Shown: piece by piece, positions 36,833-46,020 of the stretch | How positions within the stretch are numbered: the stretch's first letter is position 1 | How the letters are laid out: each line of letters opens with the position of its first letter | Assembly (NCBI GenBank): GCA_050951545.1 | Contig: JBMNJG010000002.1 | Coordinates: 128,001-192,000 of the forward strand | Direction of reading: 5' to 3' | From: Limnochordia bacterium | GTDB taxonomy: Bacteria > Bacillota > Limnochordia > DTU080 | Length of the DNA: 64,000 bases | Translations under genes and position numbers: made by a program | Notes under the pieces: generated by a model | The model's input: the letters and a program-made list of their open reading frames with translations, nothing else | What the model was told of the DNA's origin: nothing | Databases searched by the model: none

Positions 36833-38038
36833 GTGCATAGACGAATCACTATCCTTATGTCGTGCATCGCATGTTGCCTTATCACTAGCAGTGTCTTGGC
36901 GGCATCTTCAGTCAGTATCTGGACTCAGAACGCCACCAACCCTGCGTTCTTGAGTGTGCTGCAGCAGTTCACTCAAGAGACTGGCATCGAGGTCGAGGTA
37001 AAAGCTATTAGCTGGACGACGGATGCGGTTTTCGTGGCAGTGGCCGGAGGGGCTCCTCCTGATACTTTTACCCACGGCTCGGCAGCCCTCGGGGCTTTTG
37101 TCGGCGCGAATATCCTGATGCCACTTGACCAGGTGGTCAATAAGTGGACTTTCATGAATGACATGATTCCTGAAGTGAAGGCCTGGAACACTGCAGGCGG
37201 AAAGCTCTATGCGCTTCCCTGGAACGGCGTGCAGCAGCGCGATCTGGTCTACCGTGAGGATCTATGGGAAGAGTCAGGGGTCAATCCAGCGCAACCTCCG
37301 GTGAGCTGGGAGGACTTGGTGCGTGTGGGAAAAAAGCTTGTTCGCTTCAACGCCGAGGGTGCTATGACTCGCAGTGCGATCTCTCTGGCGAAGACTGGCT
37401 ACGGACCTCAACAGGCCATGTTGGCTCTCCAAGTGCAGGCGGGCGGGTCAATGTTTAAAGACGGTAAGCCGATGATGAACGATGAGCTTACTCGAGAGGC
37501 ACTGCAGTTTTATGTAGACCTGTTCTATGAGCACCGTCTCGAGGATTTCAGCTTCTCGGGGAACTTCGTGCAGGGCACGACCACAGCTGCTTGGAACAAC
37601 ATTACGCTGATGGCCCAGGCGGAGGCTCAGGGCGGGAGAACGCGTGTGGCCACGTACCCCTACAGAAGGCGCCCCGCCTCGTTTTCATCTGCAGACTGGA
37701 TCGGGATTGCGCAAGGCGCAAAGAACCTCGACCGAGCCATCCAGTTGCTACAACACGTTGTGAAGCCCGAAACCCAGAATGTGCTGAACGAGGCCGCCGG
37801 TGGAGCCATACCTGCCTATCGACAGGCGGGACGCTGGGAATGGGTAAGGAAGAACCCTGCGATCGGTCATTTCATCAGTGCCTTGGAATACGGCGTACCC
37901 AACCCGGCACATCCCCTCTGGTTTGAGCTGCGTACTGTGCTGGTGACGAGTTTTGAACAGGCGTTGAGACGACAAGCCCCGGTAAACGCTGTGCTCTCAG
38001 AGCTGCAGCGTCAGATGGAGCAGATCGTGGCGCAGTAG
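36833..38038 (+). CDS. Sugar ABC transporter substrate-binding protein
   Basis: FTQETGIEVEV, VAGGAPPD, LYALPW, YREDLWEESGV, PVSWEDL. Confidence 0.85.
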   Translation: MHRRITILMSCIACCLITSSVLAASSVSIWTQNATNPAFLSVLQQFTQETGIEVEVKAISWTTDAVFVAVAGGAPPDTFTHGSAALGAFVGANILMPLDQVVNKWTFMNDMIPEVKAWNTAGGKLYALPWNGVQQRDLVYREDLWEESGVNPAQPPVSWEDLVRVGKKLVRFNAEGAMTRSAISLAKTGYGPQQAMLALQVQAGGSMFKDGKPMMNDELTREALQFYVDLFYEHRLEDFSFSGNFVQGTTTAAWNNITLMAQAEAQGGRTRVATYPYRRRPASFSSADWIGIAQGAKNLDRAIQLLQHVVKPETQNVLNEAAGGAIPAYRQAGRWEWVRKNPAIGHFISALEYGVPNPAHPLWFELRTVLVTSFEQALRRQAPVNAVLSELQRQMEQIVAQ

Positions 38039-38067
38039 ACTATCGTCTGTACGTAGAGTACACGCTT

Positions 38068-38109
38068 AGGAGGCCTCGGTGGAAACACTGGTGGCCTCCT
38101 CTTCTGTTT
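38068..38109 (+). terminator. Intrinsic terminator
   Basis: AGGAGGCC...GGCCTCCT stem followed by CTTCTGTTT. Confidence 0.65.
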
Positions 38110-38135
38110 GGGATCTCGCTTCTGACCCACAGACA

Positions 38136-38198
38136 TTGACCGGATGGCACCACTGGCGTACAATATGACTAAGGATTCATATGACCGGATATTCATAT
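38136..38198 (+). promoter_or_regulatory. Sigma-A promoter with two overlapping palindromic TetR-type operators
   Basis: TTGACC-N17-TACAAT (38136-38164); ATATGA-N8-TCATAT at 38163-38182 and 38179-38198. Confidence 0.8.
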
Positions 38199-38214
38199 CA
38201 AAGGGGAGAAAGAG

Positions 38215-38830
38215 GTGCCGAAAGAGACTTTCTTCAATCTGCCGGCGGCGAAAAGGGAACGAGTGGTTGAGGCTGCTCTTGAGGAGTTCGCCACTCGCTC
38301 CTATCACGAGGCCAGGGTTACGGCCATCGTCGATGCCGCCGGCATCGCGAAGGGGAGCTTCTACCAGTACTTTGAGGACAAGAAAGACCTCTTTAGGTAT
38401 CTGATGGAGCTGATCGTGGAAAAGAAGCTGGAGTACATCAATCGTCACATGCTAGCGAGATATGCAGGAGCATAGCTTTTTCGCGCTGTTACGGGAAGCG
38501 TACCTCAGTGGGTTGCGGTTCGCCACAGAGCATCCTCGTTTGCTGGCTATAGGCATACAATTGCAGAAGAACCAAGAGCTTTGCCGTGAGATCTTTGGTG
38601 AGCATACGGAAAAGAGCCATGTCTTCTTCGAGCGTCTGCTGGAAAAGGGGATGGCAGAGGAGGAGCTAGATCCAGACATAGACGTGGCCTTGGTTGCCCG
38701 GCTACTTACGGTGCTTAACTTTGGCTTGGTGGACCTGGTTTATGAGGATAACGAGGTGGATCTCCGAGACATGACGATCATTGACAAGATGCTCTATGTC
38801 GTTGAAAACGGACTCAAGCGGAGGTCGTAA
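38215..38830 (+). pseudogene. TetR/AcrR regulator split by a +1 frameshift near 38455-38462 (pseudogene or sequencing error)
   Basis: MPKETFFNL...AGIAKGSFYQYFEDKKDLF HTH in one frame, C-terminal ligand domain (…GMAEEELDPDIDVALVA) in the next. Confidence 0.75.
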
Positions 38831-38857
38831 GTACTCTGAACTAGGGAGGTTAGGTCC

Positions 38858-39565
38858 ATGGCTTTGCTGGAGCTCACAGGTGTGGAGAGGATCTATCGAC
38901 AGGGAGAGATCGAAGTCTCCGCCCTCCGGGGTATTGATCTGGTTGTGCAACCCGGAGAGTTCACTACCGTGTTTGGCCCTTCGGGCTCAGGAAAGACAAC
39001 TCTGCTCAATCTGATGGGCTGTTTGGATAAGCCCACCAATGGAACGGTTGTTTTCGATGGTGAGGCACTAGGTGGGTTGGATAAGAAGGGCTTGGCGAGG
39101 ATCAGGCGAGAGAGCATCGGCTTTGTCTTTCAGAGCTACAACTTGATTCCTGTGTTGACGGCCTACGAGAACGTGGAGTTCGCCATCAGGTTACTTAACC
39201 GCCATGGCCAGGAGGAACTGAGAAACAAGGTGATGCAGGTTTTGGCCGCAGTTGGCCTGAGTGGGTTGGAAAACCGGAAGCCAAATGCGTTGTCGGGCGG
39301 TCAGAAGCAGCGGGTAGCAATCGCCAGGGCGTTAGTCAAGCAGCCCAAACTGATTTTGGCCGACGAACCAACCGCCAACTTGGACTCCACGAGCAGTGAG
39401 GAAGTCCTGGAAGTCATGGTGAAGATGAATCGGCAGTTGGGGACAACCTTCATTTTCGCCACTCATGATCCGCGGGTGATGGACTATGCCCATCGGTTAC
39501 TCGAGATCAGGGATGGCCGCATTTCCCAAGACAAGAGGAGGGAAAACGCAGGTGTTCCTCACTAA
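38858..39565 (+). CDS. ABC transporter ATP-binding protein, LolD/MacB family
   Basis: [55 protein letters not shown]. Confidence 0.92.
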   Translation: MALLELTGVERIYRQGEIEVSALRGIDLVVQPGEFTTVFGPSGSGKTTLLNLMGCLDKPTNGTVVFDGEALGGLDKKGLARIRRESIGFVFQSYNLIPVLTAYENVEFAIRLLNRHGQEELRNKVMQVLAAVGLSGLENRKPNALSGGQKQRVAIARALVKQPKLILADEPTANLDSTSSEEVLEVMVKMNRQLGTTFIFATHDPRVMDYAHRLLEIRDGRISQDKRRENAGVPH

Positions 39566-40784
39566 GCTAGCTCTAAGGAACTTGGTGCGGCATCGAAATC
39601 GTACGCTGATCACGAGCTTGATTATCGCAGTAGCCATCTTTTTCTACATCCTGCTTGACTCCATGATCGCTGGAATGACCGAGATGTCCTACGATATCTT
39701 GATCGACTACGAGGTCGGTCATCTGCAGGTGGCAAGCGAGGCCTACTGGGACGAGCAAGAGAAACTGCCGCTCAGACACCTTCTTTCTATGGGTGCGATC
39801 TCCTCAGAGAACTGGGAGAGTCTCGCTGGGTATCGCGGAAGCTCCTTTGAGTTGGGTTTCCGGGCTTGGCTGAATAATGGCGAGAACGAATTGCCAGTGG
39901 TGGGTAAAGGCATCATCCCAGAGGATTTCGCCAAAGTCTTCTCCTTCGAGGGCAAGTTCGTGGATGGCAGGATGTTCTCCGAAGGCGAGCACCGGGCAGT
40001 AATGGGCAAACGTTTGGCTGATCTGCTCAAGCTAGAGGTCGGTGATTATGTCACCCTGCTGGTGAGAGACAAAAACGAGTCATTTAACACGATTGAGGCG
40101 GAGATCGCAGGTCTGGTGCATACGATCGACCCCAATGTGAACAGCAACCTCGTCTTCCTGCCGTTGAGCGTTGTTCAGGAAGCCTTGGATGTGGGGGATG
40201 CCGCGAGCAAGGTGGTCATAAGGCTGGAGGACAGACGCGCGGCGGGTCGTCTTGCCCCTGAGTTGCAGCTTCAGTTGCAGACGCTGAATGGAGATCTTGC
40301 TGTCTATCCGTGGAGTGAGGTTGAAGCCGTATCAGTAGCAGGTGCCAAGAGCGCTGGCAACCAGCTCCTTTTGGGGATGATTCTCCTCATTGCTGCCATA
40401 GCGATTGTCAATACGGTGATCCTGGCAGCGCTAGAGAGAATGCAGGAGATCGGTATGATGAAGGCCATGGGTCTCGAGGAAAAAGAGATCGTATACGTCT
40501 TCGCTGTTGAATCCGCTGGTATCGGTGTCTTGGGTGGCTTGGTGGGTGTGCTCTTGGGGGTAGTCGGAGTCTGGTTATATGTCCGATATGGCATAGATTT
40601 CGGTGCCGCCCTCGATATGTCATCCTTTGGCATACCAGTGATCGGTAGGATGTACGGAGTCTGGAATCCGGCCGCGTTTGTGTCAGTCTTCTGCTTCGGA
40701 GTCGCTGTCTCTTTACTGGCTAGTATATGGCCTGCCTATTGGGCAGCGAACAAAGACCCGGTTCAGGCGATCTACCAGCGCTAA
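39552..40784 (+). CDS. ABC permease, FtsX/LolCE family
   Basis: LALRNLVRHRNRTLIT, large extracytoplasmic domain, ERMQEIGMMKAMG, DPVQAI. Confidence 0.88.
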   Translation: MFLTKLALRNLVRHRNRTLITSLIIAVAIFFYILLDSMIAGMTEMSYDILIDYEVGHLQVASEAYWDEQEKLPLRHLLSMGAISSENWESLAGYRGSSFELGFRAWLNNGENELPVVGKGIIPEDFAKVFSFEGKFVDGRMFSEGEHRAVMGKRLADLLKLEVGDYVTLLVRDKNESFNTIEAEIAGLVHTIDPNVNSNLVFLPLSVVQEALDVGDAASKVVIRLEDRRAAGRLAPELQLQLQTLNGDLAVYPWSEVEAVSVAGAKSAGNQLLLGMILLIAAIAIVNTVILAALERMQEIGMMKAMGLEEKEIVYVFAVESAGIGVLGGLVGVLLGVVGVWLYVRYGIDFGAALDMSSFGIPVIGRMYGVWNPAAFVSVFCFGVAVSLLASIWPAYWAANKDPVQAIYQR

Positions 40785-40811
40785 AGGGAAGTGTGTGAGG
40801 AGGAAAAACGA

Positions 40812-42071
40812 ATGTCATTTCTCTTTAGAATTGCCTTTAAGAATTTGTTCAGGCATCGACTGAGGACACTGGTCTCCATCGTAGCGATTGCCTTCTCCGT
40901 GTTGCTCGTGGTGTTTGCCCGAGGTTACATTACAGGGATGGTAGACACGGTCTCCGTGGACCACATCTACTATAACTCGGGACACATCAAGCTGGTGGAT
41001 CGAGACTACCGGGAGCAAGAGCGTCTGCTGCCCCTCAACCACCCGGTCGACGGTTGGGGGTCGGGAGACCTGGATGAGATGATCGCGGAACTCAAGGAAA
41101 TCAAGGGCATGACAATGGTGGTGCCGCGGCTCAAGTTTGGTGCCATGGTGAGTTTCGAAGATGAGCTCATTGGCATAGGCGGCTGGGGGGTTGATCCTCA
41201 GAAGGAGCTGGCGTTTACCAGCATTCAGGATTACCTTGTGGAAGGCAGAATGGTGGAGTTCGGCAAGATGGAAGTGGCGATGGGGACCGAATTGCTGAGG
41301 AAGATCGATCGGCAAGTGGGTGATAAAGTAACGGTCGTGTTCAATGATGCCTTCAACTCCCTGACTGGGGCCACCTTTGAGATCGTGGGAAGGTTTCAGA
41401 GTGGCATCAAACTGCTCAACGAAGCTGTTTTCTACCTGCCGTTGGATCAAGCTCAGCGCCTTCTGGACATGAAAGGTCAGACAACCGAGCTGCTGCTAGT
41501 GACCTCGGGTCGAGAGACCATTGACGAAGTATTACCGGAGGTAAAGAGCCTGCTCGCCCAGCGGGGGGAAGACGAACGGTACGTGGCCCTGAGCTTCAGA
41601 GAGACGAGTGATCTTATCCCGTGGATGGATCTTGCAGAGCTGATCTACAATCAGGTCTATGTGTTTTTGGTGGTCTTGGCTTGTATTGTCGTCGTGAACA
41701 CCATGATCATGATCGTCGTCGAAAGGACACAGGAGATAGGCATGATGGCGGCTCTGGGGCTAGAGGGTAGAGGCATCATGCAACTGTTTCTTATTGAAGG
41801 CGGGCTAATGGGAGTGGTTGGCAGTCTGATCGGTGCACTGCTAGGGTCCTTCCTGACAGGATACTTTGCCAAGGTGGGCATGGACTTTTCTTCCGCCACA
41901 AGCGGTTTCAGTACCGACATAGTCTTTGACTCTATCGTCTATCCCTCCGCGGATCCTGGCAATACGATTTTTGCCTTTGTTCTAGGAGTGGTGATCGTCA
42001 CCTTAGCTTCTGTGCTTCCGGCTCGTAAGGCGGCTAGGTTGGAGCCAACGGAAGCTATGCGGAGAGCTTAG
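40812..42071 (+). CDS. ABC permease, FtsX/LolCE family
   Basis: IAFKNLFRHRLRTL, ERTQEIGMMAALG, PARKAARLEPTEAMR. Confidence 0.88.
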   Translation: MSFLFRIAFKNLFRHRLRTLVSIVAIAFSVLLVVFARGYITGMVDTVSVDHIYYNSGHIKLVDRDYREQERLLPLNHPVDGWGSGDLDEMIAELKEIKGMTMVVPRLKFGAMVSFEDELIGIGGWGVDPQKELAFTSIQDYLVEGRMVEFGKMEVAMGTELLRKIDRQVGDKVTVVFNDAFNSLTGATFEIVGRFQSGIKLLNEAVFYLPLDQAQRLLDMKGQTTELLLVTSGRETIDEVLPEVKSLLAQRGEDERYVALSFRETSDLIPWMDLAELIYNQVYVFLVVLACIVVVNTMIMIVVERTQEIGMMAALGLEGRGIMQLFLIEGGLMGVVGSLIGALLGSFLTGYFAKVGMDFSSATSGFSTDIVFDSIVYPSADPGNTIFAFVLGVVIVTLASVLPARKAARLEPTEAMRRA

Positions 42072-42095
42072 GCAATAATGAAAGGGGCACTTTCG

Positions 42096-42839
42096 ATGAA
42101 AAGGGTGCATAGGCTGCTTGTCTGTGGGATGCTCTTCTCGCTGGCAATCCCGGCAGCTACCAGTGCCATGACGGCAGAGGAGATCATACTGCGCCGCGAC
42201 CGCAATGAGTACATCACCACGGCCATCGTTGAATCCGAGATGGTGATTGTCAGCGGCACTCGGAAGACCACCAAGACCATGACATCCTACGCCGAGGGCG
42301 ACAACGCCTTGGCTGAGTTTACTAACCCCCGGGATCGGGGAACCAAGTTTCTCAAGAGGGGCGACGAACTCTGGATGTTCTTCCCCGATGCTGAGGACCT
42401 AATCAGGATCTCTGGCCACATGCTCACCCAAGGGATGATGGGCAGCGACTTCTCCTACCAGGACCTGATGGAATCGGATAAGCTGACAGACCTATATCGC
42501 TTCAAGCTTCTCGGCGAGGAAAAGCTGGATGGTCGGCAGTGCTATGTGCTAGAGGGGGTCGCTGTGGAGGGCAAGGAGGTCTCGTATTACCGGCGGAAGT
42601 CCTGGGTGGACAAGGAACGGTTTGTGGGCCTCAGGGAGGAGCTCTACGCCCGTAGCGGGCGGCTACTCAAGGTGATGACCGCTTCAGCCGTGAAGCAGTT
42701 CGGGAACCGATGGTACCCGGTGGAGTCGGTGATGGTAGATAAGCTGCGTAGGAACACCAGAACCGAGTTTCGGGTGAAGTCCATTCAGTTCAACCCCAAG
42801 ATCCCAGCCGGAACATTCACCTTGGAGAAGCTGCGGTAA
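42096..42839 (+). CDS. LolA-like outer membrane lipoprotein-sorting family protein
   Basis: Signal peptide; FTNPRDRGTKFL, LWMFFP, MMGSDFSYQDL, WYPVESVM pattern. Confidence 0.8.
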   Translation: MKRVHRLLVCGMLFSLAIPAATSAMTAEEIILRRDRNEYITTAIVESEMVIVSGTRKTTKTMTSYAEGDNALAEFTNPRDRGTKFLKRGDELWMFFPDAEDLIRISGHMLTQGMMGSDFSYQDLMESDKLTDLYRFKLLGEEKLDGRQCYVLEGVAVEGKEVSYYRRKSWVDKERFVGLREELYARSGRLLKVMTASAVKQFGNRWYPVESVMVDKLRRNTRTEFRVKSIQFNPKIPAGTFTLEKLR

Positions 42840-42879
42840 TTGCCGTGTTTATTGGATCGCGGCGGAGGGAGTGTCACAG

Positions 42880-44001
42880 ATGCGTAAGCGATTGCGGCTG
42901 GGGTTCGTCGTACTGCTGGTATTGGCGGCCTTATCTCCAGGAGCTATCGCCCTGGAGGCCGGGGGAGAGGTGAAAGCCCTCTGGTCTGCGGTGCTGAAGG
43001 ATGGCAGTGATTTTGATAGTGAGCTGGCCGAGAGTTTCAATCTGGAGCTGTTTCTGCCTCCCCTGGGTGAGAGTGAGCTGCGCTATGAGTTCCTGGTGAC
43101 CAAACCGCTGCAGGGTTTGCTTGCCGACGAGAAGGCCTTGTATTCCACGAAGAAATTGTATCTCAAACACAGGTTTGAGCGTCTCCATCTGACCCTGGGG
43201 CGGCAGCCGATCTCTTGGTCTTTTGGCTCTTTATTGAACCCGGTGGACTACACGCTAGGAGCGGTGGCCCTGAACGAGGAGAGCAGCAGCAAGTACACAG
43301 ACGCTGTAGCTCTCTATGTGCCGCTAAACTGGAACTCGGGGCTGGATCTCGTAGTGTCCTTCCCTGGAGGATTCAGTGCTGAGACGGACCGGATGAAACG
43401 GGGGGTGCGGGCGAGACTGGGGGTGTACGGCTATGATGTGACCCTTAACTACGTCGAGGAGGCTCCGGGTGGGGCTATCTCAGACTCGCTAGCGCTTGTC
43501 GCGATGCCTCGACAGAGGATGGGCCTCACAGCGAAAGGGGATGTGGGCAACTTCGGAGTCTACGGGGCCTTTGGGCACTACTACGACGAGCACTCAGGCA
43601 GCAGCAGGAGTTACCTGGCAGGGGCAGACTGGAGCTATAGTCTCGACTACAATACCAAGATTACCATGCAGCTGGAGTATCTGGGCCTAGAGCTTCACAG
43701 CTTCAGCCCAGCCGTTCTGGAGAAGCTACCAGGGATGCAGGGGTCAGACCAGCGCCTCGATCTGTTGGCAGGGCGGGCTAGCTATCCCATTGACGATTTC
43801 TCTGCGGTCTCGCTAGTGAGCATCTACAATCTTGATGACCGTAGCTTTCTTCTTGGCCCTTCGTACCGGAGTACACTCCCGCGCAACACAGATCTCATCC
43901 TGAGCGCCAGTGTTTTCTGTGGAAGAGAGCACACCCTGTTTGCTCCGGGTGAGCTGATGCCCCGGGCGGTTGTGTCGCTCGGGATGAGCTATGCCTTTTA
44001 G
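42880..44001 (+). CDS. Putative outer-membrane beta-barrel protein
   Basis: Signal peptide, LTLGRQPISWSFG motif, alternating beta pattern, terminal SLGMSYAF. Confidence 0.65.
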   Translation: MRKRLRLGFVVLLVLAALSPGAIALEAGGEVKALWSAVLKDGSDFDSELAESFNLELFLPPLGESELRYEFLVTKPLQGLLADEKALYSTKKLYLKHRFERLHLTLGRQPISWSFGSLLNPVDYTLGAVALNEESSSKYTDAVALYVPLNWNSGLDLVVSFPGGFSAETDRMKRGVRARLGVYGYDVTLNYVEEAPGGAISDSLALVAMPRQRMGLTAKGDVGNFGVYGAFGHYYDEHSGSSRSYLAGADWSYSLDYNTKITMQLEYLGLELHSFSPAVLEKLPGMQGSDQRLDLLAGRASYPIDDFSAVSLVSIYNLDDRSFLLGPSYRSTLPRNTDLILSASVFCGREHTLFAPGELMPRAVVSLGMSYAF

Positions 44002-44042
44002 CTCACATTTCGCAGGTATGGAGGAAGGAGTGCAACCCCCTC

Positions 44043-44852
44043 CTAATGATGCTTGCTCGCCGCTTCCATCAACCGAATGAGACGGACCAGGCTCTCTAGC
44101 ATTTCTTTAGCTATCGTCTCACCTAGCTCTGCACTAGCTTGACTGGGATCGCCTAGAACTCCGATTTTGATCCTCTCATCTTGCCTGATGCGGGGCATCA
44201 CCATTGGGTGATCGACTGGCCTTTCGACTCTCTGGTAGGCGTCCTGGTCACTTCGCAGCATTTCCATGATCTCTTCCGAATCAGTCACTCGTTGCTCACG
44301 AACAAGGTCAGGACGCCAGTACAGCATCCGCGAGGTTTCAGAAGCACCCGCGTGAAAGTCCTTCTTCTTGAACAACTCCATCGAGGTTGGCGACAGGCCA
44401 CCAGCGACTAGTGCGATTTTCGCTTCTGCAAGTGACGGATGCGAACGTATGCTAATGTCGAGACCGTCACGAATGCCTCGTACGTTCTCAGATCCGCCGT
44501 GCCCTAAGAGAACGACGATGTTCTCAAACCCTTGCTGTGCAAGCGAAATGCAGATGTCATTGATCACTGCAGAGACAGTCTGCGGCGCAATGTTGATCGT
44601 TCCAAGGAGACCTCCCCCGGAGTAGCTGTAGGGCATGACAGGGGCCACAAGACAACCCGTAGCTCCCGACGCTGCCTTGGCGACCTCAGTGGCATTGAGG
44701 ATATCTGTGCACAGGGGTAGGTGCCATCCGTGTTGCTCGACACAACCGACTGGCAGAATGACGGTCTTGGTGGTCTTCATAGCTTCTTCAACATCCTTGA
44801 TGGTCATAGACTCCATCAACAACGGCTTGCCCGATGATGCCAATTCTGTCAT
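44043..44852 (-). CDS. Creatininase family amidohydrolase
   Basis: LPVGCVEQHGWHLPLCTD, GHGG, HAGASETS, GVLGDPSQASAELG. Confidence 0.88.
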   Translation of the reverse strand: MTELASSGKPLLMESMTIKDVEEAMKTTKTVILPVGCVEQHGWHLPLCTDILNATEVAKAASGATGCLVAPVMPYSYSGGGLLGTINIAPQTVSAVINDICISLAQQGFENIVVLLGHGGSENVRGIRDGLDISIRSHPSLAEAKIALVAGGLSPTSMELFKKKDFHAGASETSRMLYWRPDLVREQRVTDSEEIMEMLRSDQDAYQRVERPVDHPMVMPRIRQDERIKIGVLGDPSQASAELGETIAKEMLESLVRLIRLMEAASKHH

Positions 44853-44943
44853 TTCTTTCGCTTCCTCGCATTCAGATGGAGCCCAGCTATCTCTTGGCTG
44901 GGCTCTGTGCTATGCATGTGGTGTACGGGCCAAAAGATGGGTG

Positions 44944-45597
44944 TTACTCGAATGTCGCTGTGGCGTAGGTGCTCAGGCTGTTCCACTCCCAGCCAGCCGG
45001 GAAGAAGATCTGGCCATCCCGGTCGCCACCGCTGGAGTCCGCATCGTCAGCCCCGAACGAAATCTGGAAGCTGGAACCACTGACCATCTTCTTGCCAATG
45101 CTGCTTTCCACAACAGATCTGGGGAAAGCAGCTTCAACAGTGTAGCCGCCAGCGGCTGGCACTAGTGCCGCCTTGACCTTACTGGCGTCTACGCCCATCC
45201 AGCTGTGTACGTAGACGTTCTTGCCGTTCTCAAGGGTGACACCGAACTGCTGGGACCCTAGCCAAAGCTCAGCACAGTCGGTCTGCCAGGTATTGGCCCC
45301 TGTTCTTTCCATGACGAGGACGTTGTCGATTATCCGGTAAGCCACATAGAGATTGTCGTCGTCGTAACCCACCATGAACCAGAGGCTGAGGTCATCATCG
45401 TTATCGACGCCAGCGCCAGCTGTTAGCCACAGTGAGCTAACGTAGTACCCGGGCATGCCAGCCCAGTCGGCCAGGTTTCCATCTATGGTTGGAGCCTTCG
45501 CGATCTTAGGGATGGAAACCGGTTCGCCCGCCGCCCAGACAGCGGATGTAAAAAGAAGTAGAATGACCGGTACTAGATAGACTGATTTACGAAGCAT
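44944..45597 (-). CDS. Secreted CBM9/DOMON-like sugar-binding protein
   Basis: APTIDGNLADW, YDDDNLYVA, WQTDCAELW, GYTVEAAFP, DDAD. Confidence 0.75.
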   Translation of the reverse strand: MLRKSVYLVPVILLLFTSAVWAAGEPVSIPKIAKAPTIDGNLADWAGMPGYYVSSLWLTAGAGVDNDDDLSLWFMVGYDDDNLYVAYRIIDNVLVMERTGANTWQTDCAELWLGSQQFGVTLENGKNVYVHSWMGVDASKVKAALVPAAGGYTVEAAFPRSVVESSIGKKMVSGSSFQISFGADDADSSGGDRDGQIFFPAGWEWNSLSTYATATFE

Positions 45598-45755
45598 GAC
45601 TTATCCTCCCTTTGCGGAATATGGTAGTCGCTAGTAATGGTACAATTCCTGCACGGGGATTCCTGCATAGAGAGTATATTTCATGAGTGTCTGGGCTGAT
45701 ACTGAGCAATCGGCTCACGTAGCAGTGCAGCATATTCCTTTGCCACCTGCGGAAA

Positions 45756-45784
45756 TTGACACCCCTAACGGGCCATGTTACACT
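45756..45784 (+). promoter_or_regulatory. Sigma-A promoter of tRNA-Ser
   Basis: TTGACA-N17-TACACT with TG extended -10. Confidence 0.8.
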
Positions 45785-45795
45785 ACAAGAGTTCT

Positions 45796-45884
45796 GGAAG
45801 GGTGCCGGAGCGGCCGAACGGAGCGGTCTTGAAAACCGTCGCAGGTCACGCCTGCCGTGGGTTCAAATCCCACCCCTTCCGCCA
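45796..45884 (+). tRNA. tRNA-Ser(TGA)
   Basis: Acceptor GGAAGGG/CCCTTCC-GCCA, anticodon loop CT-TGA-AA, long variable arm GCAGG..CCTGC, T-loop GTTCAAATC. Confidence 0.97.
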
Positions 45885-45887
45885 CAA

Positions 45888-45940
45888 AAGAAGGTCCAGA
45901 TCCAGGCTTCTGGCCCGGGGTCTGGGCTTCTTGCGTTGTT
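45888..45940 (+). terminator. Hairpin terminator after tRNA-Ser
   Basis: AAGAAGGTCCAGA...TCTGGGCTTCTT imperfect stem; convergent with ABC exporter genes. Confidence 0.55.
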
Positions 45941-46020
45941 GGGGTGGGCTCCCAGTGATGCGGTTCCAGCAAGGGTAGTGCGCGCATTCTCCCCCTTCTT
46001 CTTCCTCCACTCTGACCCTG

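Noticed and set aside
44043-44852. Mycofactocin MftE-type RiPP peptidase
   Set aside because: No precursor peptide or radical SAM genes nearby; generic creatininase-family call retained
45796-45884. Selenocysteine tRNA
   Set aside because: Anticodon is TGA (reads UCA, Ser), 7-bp acceptor stem; Sec would need TCA and a longer stem
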